A stretch of DNA of 32,882 bases from an uncultured Clostridia bacterium (GTDB lineage: Bacteria > Bacillota > Clostridia > Oscillospirales > CAG-272): contig CAMOLD010000003.1 of NCBI GenBank assembly GCA_946618395.1, positions 1-32,882 of the forward strand, given 5' to 3'. Below the pieces are notes generated by a model. It saw only the letters and a list, made by a program, of their open reading frames with translations, ran no database searches and was not told the origin of the DNA. The position numbers were made by a program, and so were the translations under genes. How positions within the stretch are numbered: the stretch's first letter is position 1; every line of letters starts with the position of its first letter. Shown piece by piece: positions 27,690-32,882 of the stretch.

Positions 27690-28496
27690 TTATTTTCTGC
27701 GCAAGCGGCCAATCACCCGCCCGCGGCATTGCACATCCATAAAATCTTTCAAAAGGATGGGTCCGTAATCGGGGTTGAGCGAAATGAGCCGGTCGCCGCC
27801 GAAAATTTTGAAAAAGCCGTTGCCATCCAAAAGGAAAATACCAGCTTCTCCAACTTCTACCGCCTCGGCGTTCTGCACCAGCAAAACATCGTGGTTGTGG
27901 TATTTTGGCTCCATGCTGTTGCCGCTGATGCGCAAGGCGTAGTCCGCCTCCATGGTCCTGGTGTTGTTGGGAACGCAAACGCGCTCGGCGCGGCTATCGT
28001 CCAAATAGACGCCTGTCCCTGCCGAGACCGGCAGTTCGTAAAGCATCAGCGTCCGTTTTCCGGTCTTGGTTTGCGCACCGGCATATCTGCCCGCGGATTG
28101 TTTCGGGAAAATGAGAACGCCTTTTTCCTGCATTTGGGCGGCGGCTTCCTCTTTTGTCTGCTTTGCAAGGGCGCGTTTTTCTTCATGCGCCAAAACCGCG
28201 CCGGTCAATTCCTTTCCCCAGCGGTCCAAATTCCGGTATTGCTCAATCAGTTTGATTTCATCCGGCGAAAGCGTATAGTTGTTTGTATTTTCAGGGTTGC
28301 CTGTAATAATGTAATCCACCGAGCAATCCAAAGCGTTACAAATTGCAACAATGTTGGAAAGCTTTGGCGATTCGTTCATTCCCGCCATCAATTTGCTCAA
28401 AGTTCCAAGCGGAATTCCCGAACGCTCCGAAAGGCGCTCGTTGGTCATCTTGCGCTCGTTCTTCATCAATTTGATCCTGTCAATATAAGTTTCCAT
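27690..28496 (-). CDS. XRE-family HTH plus S24 autopeptidase transcriptional regulator (CI/LexA-like)
   Basis: N-terminal HTH (LSERSGIPLGTLSK...ALDCSVDY), Ala-Gly cleavage site (VSAGTG), catalytic Ser (GNSMEP), candidate Lys (GFFK) and LISLNPDY. Start at ATG 28496 with RBS AAGGAGG. Confidence 0.88.
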   Translation of the reverse strand: METYIDRIKLMKNERKMTNERLSERSGIPLGTLSKLMAGMNESPKLSNIVAICNALDCSVDYIITGNPENTNNYTLSPDEIKLIEQYRNLDRWGKELTGAVLAHEEKRALAKQTKEEAAAQMQEKGVLIFPKQSAGRYAGAQTKTGKRTLMLYELPVSAGTGVYLDDSRAERVCVPNNTRTMEADYALRISGNSMEPKYHNHDVLLVQNAEAVEVGEAGIFLLDGNGFFKIFGGDRLISLNPDYGPILLKDFMDVQCRGRVIGRLRRK

Positions 28497-28526
28497 TTGC
28501 TTCCTCCTTTTTCCGATTCCGATATG

Positions 28527-28555
28527 ATTATAGCACATTATTTTGCATTTGTAAA
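28527..28555 (-). promoter_or_regulatory. sigmaA promoter of the HTH-S24 gene
   Basis: Minus strand TTTACA-17 nt-TATAAT with TGTG extension. Confidence 0.7.
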
Positions 28556-28595
28556 TAGTTTTTTGAAAAATTTTTCTTTTTTTGGAAAAAATATT

Positions 28596-29618
28596 TTAGG
28601 AAGCTAGAAAAAGAGCCGATAAAGAAGCGCCGATTTTCTCGGCGGAGCGTTCTGCCTCTTCTGCAAAATTGCCGCCGCTTCCAATCAAAAGCGAAAGCGA
28701 AAGCTTTGCATATTGCTGATTTTGCGGAGTGGATTTGACGCGGATCCCGCGAAAAATGCCGGGCGTTTCCCGCTCCGCTTCTGTTTGAAGCGCCCTTGCC
28801 AGCGCCAAATTCTCTTGCCAGGCAGGGCATGAAGCGCCGCTTTCCCCGCTCCCAACAATCGCCAATACCTGCGCCGTAGGGTCATCAGCGTCCCCGGTCA
28901 CCGTTTTGATGTAATTTCCCTCGCCGTCAAAAAGCGAATCTCTGCCAACCGAGATTACCAACGAAATTTGCGGATGCTCACAAAGCGCTTTCCGAATCAG
29001 ATCTGCGCTGCGTTCCGAGCTTCCCAAATAGCCGCTCTCCGCTTCCTGCTCTTGAAAAATGACCGAAATTCCATGTTCGGTTAAAACATCGCAAAGCTTT
29101 TTAGCAACCGCGGAAATATTCCTTTGAGGATCGGCGGAAAAGGTCGCTTCCCCAGCTCCATCTTCCGGAATTTGCGCCTCCTTTTCCAAATAGGCTTCCG
29201 CCGGGTTGGCGCAATAAATCAAAACCACCGGCGGCGTTTCAAATAGGATTGGCACTTCCCCGGCGCTTGATTCTTCCGGCTTTGGCTCATATAGCGTTTT
29301 GGCAACAACGGGGATTGCGCTCTGCCCCTCTTCCGGCGGATTTTCGCTTGTTTCCGGGGCGGAAGAGGAAGGTTCGTCGCCGGCATTTTCCGGCTTTTGC
29401 TCGGTAACTCGTTCGCGGCGGAAAATCCCCTCAAAAAAGGTTTTTACCGGCGCACCAAAGGAGGTCCAAATACCGCTCACGGCAAATGCCGCAACCAAAA
29501 TCGCCGTGCAAACCAAAAAGGAGAGCAAGCGGAAAAGCCTTTTCCCAATGGGCTTTTGGAGTTTGACCTTTTCCGACGGAATGGGCAGCTGTTTTTTCAA
29601 ATCATCTTGTTTCATCAT
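28596..29618 (-). CDS. spoIIP: Stage II sporulation protein P (SpoIIP)-like protein with a degenerate active site
   Basis: N-terminal TM helix and linker, then the SpoIIP scaffold (PVVLIY..., GISV, HPQI.LVISVGRDS, AQVLAIVGS, WQENLALA, PGIFR, NQ, IGSGGN..EEA); directly downstream of gpr. Start at 29618 (RBS GGGGAG) preferred over 29651. Confidence 0.78.
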   Translation of the reverse strand: MMKQDDLKKQLPIPSEKVKLQKPIGKRLFRLLSFLVCTAILVAAFAVSGIWTSFGAPVKTFFEGIFRRERVTEQKPENAGDEPSSSAPETSENPPEEGQSAIPVVAKTLYEPKPEESSAGEVPILFETPPVVLIYCANPAEAYLEKEAQIPEDGAGEATFSADPQRNISAVAKKLCDVLTEHGISVIFQEQEAESGYLGSSERSADLIRKALCEHPQISLVISVGRDSLFDGEGNYIKTVTGDADDPTAQVLAIVGSGESGASCPAWQENLALARALQTEAERETPGIFRGIRVKSTPQNQQYAKLSLSLLIGSGGNFAEEAERSAEKIGASLSALFLAS

Positions 29619-29640
29619 TTTTCTCCCCGTTTTTTGTTCC

Positions 29641-29668
29641 ATTTTATGCAAAATACGGGGGTTTTATG
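29641..29668 (-). promoter_or_regulatory. sigmaE-type promoter of spoIIP
   Basis: Minus strand CATA-16 nt-CATAAAAT, matching ATA-16/18-CATAnAnT. Confidence 0.55.
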
Positions 29669-29684
29669 TGGGAAAGATTCCTCC

Positions 29685-30584
29685 TCAATCGGTCAAATCT
29701 CCCAAAAAAGCAAGCGAAAGCGCACGGGAAAGAATTTTGGTCATTTGTTCGGTTACAACGTCGCATTCTTTCAGCGATACAAAAAAATCATTTCCGCTCC
29801 GCAATGCCGTTTGGAGCCGCTCGTCCGGCTCTCCGATTCCGGCTTTTGCAAGCGTATGCCAAATCAAGGTGGAGGTTGCAACCACCGTTGGGACGCCAAG
29901 CGCCAAAACCGGAACGCCAAGCGTTTCTTCGGTCAGTCCCTCGCGGTGATTGCCAACGCCGGAACCCGGAATAATGCCGGTGTCCGAAAGTTGCACCGTG
30001 GCGGCAAGGCGCTCCAAATCCCTTGCGGCAAGCGCGTCAATGGCAATAACAAGATCGGGCTTGCAGTTCTTTGCAACCGCGCGCACAATTTTTCCCGCCT
30101 CCATTCCGCTCTGCCCCAAAACACCCGGCGCCAGCATGGAAACCGCGCAACAACCCAGCGCATGGAAAAGCCCGGGGTCCTGCTCCCGCAAATGTGCGGT
30201 CGCATTCAGGCGGCAAAGCGTTCCCGGCCCGATCGCGTCCGCCGTCAAAGACGCGTTTCCAAGGCCGACAAGAAAAACGGAAAAGGTGGAATCCACACGT
30301 CTGCCGCAAACCCGCTCCGCAAATCCGCAAAGTTCGCCGCAAAGGATACGCGCAAGCATCTCGCGCTCTTCCGCGCCCAAAAAATCGATGCGGCCGCATT
30401 CAATCGTCAAATAATGCCCCATCGGCTTTCCAACGGCTTTTGCCCCCTCTTCGGAGAGGATTTTCACTGTATCAATCAAAAAAGGGCCGCTTTTTCGCCT
30501 TTCCTGCGCAATGCCTTTGCGCTGTTCCGCCGCTTCGGGAATGCACTCTTTCGCCAAATCGCTTTGCAAAAATCGTCTCTCCAT
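29685..30584 (-). CDS. gpr: Germination protease (GPR endopeptidase, peptidase A25)
   Basis: SDLAKE propeptide region, GKPMGHYLTIE, VGLGN..LTADAIGP, PGVLGQSGME, IAIDALAAR, PGSGVGNHR and LGVPTVV. Start at ATG 30584 (RBS GAGGAG). Confidence 0.93.
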   Translation of the reverse strand: MERRFLQSDLAKECIPEAAEQRKGIAQERRKSGPFLIDTVKILSEEGAKAVGKPMGHYLTIECGRIDFLGAEEREMLARILCGELCGFAERVCGRRVDSTFSVFLVGLGNASLTADAIGPGTLCRLNATAHLREQDPGLFHALGCCAVSMLAPGVLGQSGMEAGKIVRAVAKNCKPDLVIAIDALAARDLERLAATVQLSDTGIIPGSGVGNHREGLTEETLGVPVLALGVPTVVATSTLIWHTLAKAGIGEPDERLQTALRSGNDFFVSLKECDVVTEQMTKILSRALSLAFLGDLTD

Positions 30585-30619
30585 ATCCGCTCTCCTCTTT
30601 CTTTCTCTGTTTTTAAGGC

Positions 30620-30649
30620 TACTTTTCCATAATTTTTTACAAAATATAC
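30620..30649 (-). promoter_or_regulatory. sigmaF-type promoter of gpr
   Basis: Minus strand GTATA-16 nt-GGAAAAGTA; gpr is a known sigmaF target in other spore formers. Confidence 0.65.
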
Positions 30650-30670
30650 ACGAAAATCTTCTCTTTTCTA

Positions 30671-30699
30671 TTGCAATTTCTGAAATATTATGATATGAT
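30671..30699 (+). promoter_or_regulatory. sigmaA promoter of the solute-binding protein gene
   Basis: TTGCAA-17 nt-TATGAT with a TG extension. Confidence 0.6.
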
Positions 30700-30760
30700 A
30701 TATTTATATATGTGCAATGATTTGTCAGTTTTCTCGGAAACAAGGAGGTTGATTGCCGCT

Positions 30761-32882
30761 ATGATGAAGAAAATAATCGCCCTGTTGCTCTGCCTTGCCG
30801 TCTTTGTTGGCATTTTTGCAGGATGCGGAGGGCTTTCGGGAAAGGATAAAGGCGCTTATATCCCGGTATCGCTGAACGCGGAAACGTTTGATTTTGACCC
30901 CGCAAACGCCTACCATAACACCGATAGCCTGAATATTCTCGGCTTGATTTACGAGCCGTTGTTCACTGTGGATTCCAACGGCAAAATCAAACCTGCGCTT
31001 GCAAAAAGCTACCGGACCTATACGGATGACGAAGGCGTCCACATGGATATCTCCATCAAATCCACCAATTGGAGCGACGGCACGGCGCTGACGGCAAACG
31101 ACATTGTGTATGCCTGGAACCGTCTTTTGGACCCGAGCAACCGTTTTTCTGCCGCTTCCCTGTTGTTTGACATCAAAAATGCGCGCGCCTACAACCGCGG
31201 GCTGACGACCGACCTTGCCATTGAGGCAATCGAGCAGCAAAAAATTCGCCTGACCTTTGAAGGCCCCATTGATGAAAACGCCTTCCTTCTCAACCTGACA
31301 AACGTTGCAACCGCTCCGCTTTATGAATACGCCGTTTTGGGCAATCCCGACTGGGCAAAAAGCAATGCCGACATTTTAACAAACGGTCCGTTCAAGCTGG
31401 TTTCCATTGAGTATGTTGACGATCTGAACGAACATGAGTTCTCCTTCACCGTTTCGGATGACTATATCTTTGATTCCAAGGGCAATCGGATGCTGGATGA
31501 AAACGGAAATCCCAAAAAAGCCAGCTCCTCCGCCAAAAAGATCCGCAGTTTCGTTTTGGAACGCAACGCCTACTATTACCGCGACAAGAGCCGCGATGCC
31601 CTGGATAAATACGTTACCCCCTATCGGATCCTGGTGGACTGCACAAAGACCGACAGCGAAATTTTGCAGGATTACAAAGACAACAAGCTCTTTTATATCG
31701 ATTCCATTCCGCTTTCTTTGCGCAAAGACGACTATGTGACCAAATATACCAAGGTGAGCGACGCGCTTTCCACCTTCGTTTGCTATCTGAACGAAACGGC
31801 CCAGATTAACGGCGTGGCGATTTTTGCCGACGTTCATGTCCGCCAGGCGCTTTCCCTTGTCCTTGACCGCGATGCAATTGCAAAAGAGATCGTCTATGCC
31901 GAGGCGGCAACCGGACTGGTCAGCAACGGCATTTTTGAAAAAGGAACTTCCGGCTCTTTCCGCAAATCCGGCGGCGCACTGCTTGCAACAAGCGCAAATC
32001 TGGAAGCGGCAAAAGAAGAACTCAAACAAGTCGAAATTTCCGGTTTCAGCGCTTCCAAATATTCTTTCACCATCAAGGTTGCAAGCCATGACGAAGTGCA
32101 GATTCGTATGGCGGAAATGATTGCCGAAGCTTGGAGTTCTTTGGGCTTCCGCGTCACCGTTCAAAAAATGTATGCCATTGAGAACAACGACTTTATTGCG
32201 CAGGATGGCAAGGAAGTCAAAAAAACCAACGCCTGCGACGATCTGTTTACCGAAGCCTTGCAAAGAGGCGATTTCCAAGCGATTGTGTTTGACTACAACG
32301 CCTATGCGCCCACGGCTTATGCAATGCTTTCCTCCTTTGCAACCGGCTTTGCCGGCGGATCTTCCCGCTCGCAATCCGGCGATTACACCATGATCTCTCA
32401 TATCACCGGCTATAACAGCACGGAATATAACACTTTGATGGAGGCAATCTATCTGCTTCCCTATTTCTCGCAGCTGGATCCCGACCCCAACGCAAAGCTC
32501 TTTGACAACCCGGACACCAATCCTTATTTGAGCCTTGGCTTTGAAGATTACGAGGATTATATTCTCACTTACAGAACCATCAACCGGCTCTATGCAAAAT
32601 ACAACATCGAAACGACTGATAACTCCAAAAAATGGGAAGAGCAAAAAGCCATTCTGCTTCACGAAGCCGAAAAACTGCTGATGAACGATATGCCGGTCAT
32701 CCCGGTCATCTTCAACAAGCAGGCAACCCTGACAAGCAAAAAGCTCTCCAATGTTTCTTCCAACTATTTTATCCCCGCGCTTTTTACCAAGACGAAGTTG
32801 AAGAATTACAAAGATTACATTTATGTGTTCTATGATTTCCCCAAATCGGTCAACTGGGAAAACTTCGGGCTGACGGAAGAAC
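30761..32882 (+). CDS. ABC transporter family-5 (OppA-like) substrate-binding lipoprotein, 3' end truncated by the window edge
   Basis: Not in the ORF track. Translated by hand: MMKKIIALLLCLAVFVGIFAG-C lipobox, FDPA, IYEPLF, PALAKSY, WSDGTALTANDIVYAWNR, NGPFKL, VRQALSLVLDRDAI, AEKLLMNDMPVIPV. Open for at least 707 codons; RBS AAGGAGG. Confidence 0.88.
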   Translation, partial: MMKKIIALLLCLAVFVGIFAGCGGLSGKDKGAYIPVSLNAETFDFDPANAYHNTDSLNILGLIYEPLFTVDSNGKIKPALAKSYRTYTDDEGVHMDISIKSTNWSDGTALTANDIVYAWNRLLDPSNRFSAASLLFDIKNARAYNRGLTTDLAIEAIEQQKIRLTFEGPIDENAFLLNLTNVATAPLYEYAVLGNPDWAKSNADILTNGPFKLVSIEYVDDLNEHEFSFTVSDDYIFDSKGNRMLDENGNPKKASSSAKKIRSFVLERNAYYYRDKSRDALDKYVTPYRILVDCTKTDSEILQDYKDNKLFYIDSIPLSLRKDDYVTKYTKVSDALSTFVCYLNETAQINGVAIFADVHVRQALSLVLDRDAIAKEIVYAEAATGLVSNGIFEKGTSGSFRKSGGALLATSANLEAAKEELKQVEISGFSASKYSFTIKVASHDEVQIRMAEMIAEAWSSLGFRVTVQKMYAIENNDFIAQDGKEVKKTNACDDLFTEALQRGDFQAIVFDYNAYAPTAYAMLSSFATGFAGGSSRSQSGDYTMISHITGYNSTEYNTLMEAIYLLPYFSQLDPDPNAKLFDNPDTNPYLSLGFEDYEDYILTYRTINRLYAKYNIETTDNSKKWEEQKAILLHEAEKLLMNDMPVIPVIFNKQATLTSKKLSNVSSNYFIPALFTKTKLKNYKDYIYVFYDFPKSVNWENFGLTEE

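Noticed and set aside
27690-28595. Prophage or ICE around the CI-like repressor
   Set aside because: No integrase, att repeats, phage genes or compositional shift; both flanks are sporulation-type genes.
30674-30688. CodY-box-like CAATTTCTGAAATAT overlapping the SBP promoter
   Set aside because: Biologically plausible, but about 4 mismatches to AATTTTCWGAAAATT in AT-rich DNA is too weak to call.

Overview
Core-chromosome window (about 50% GC) from an endospore-forming Clostridia-class bacterium. I see no phage, IS, CRISPR, tRNA or rRNA. On the left, the minus strand carries an apparent operon cdaA - small TM protein - FAD oxidoreductase - recJ - rel - dtd - hemZ (hemZ runs off the window), preceded by pncB, a stand-alone sigG and an nfeD/SPFH pair. 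In the middle, the plus strand carries a lysine riboswitch controlling an NhaC/LysW-type transporter, then apgM-like (proposed homoserine kinase) - lepB - rbgA - rnhB - yraN - dipeptidase - thrC, an antisense DUF1540 gene, a metallophosphoesterase and tig-clpP-clpX. The right end has a Cys-rich probable spore protein, a CI/LexA-like HTH-S24 regulator, spoIIP-like and gpr genes, and a truncated, oversized family-5 ABC solute-binding lipoprotein. The most unusual observations are: (1) a four-repeat DnaJ-type CxxCxGxG finger inserted into the lysine-riboswitch-controlled transporter; (2) a SpoIIP homologue lacking its Zn-ligand His and catalytic Glu residues; (3) a CdaR apparently reduced to its membrane anchor; (4) c-di-AMP and (p)ppGpp enzymes in one apparent transcript; (5) a recurring short intergenic motif and a highly iterated TTTGCAAA palindrome. 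All family calls come from motif recognition by eye, not from database searches.
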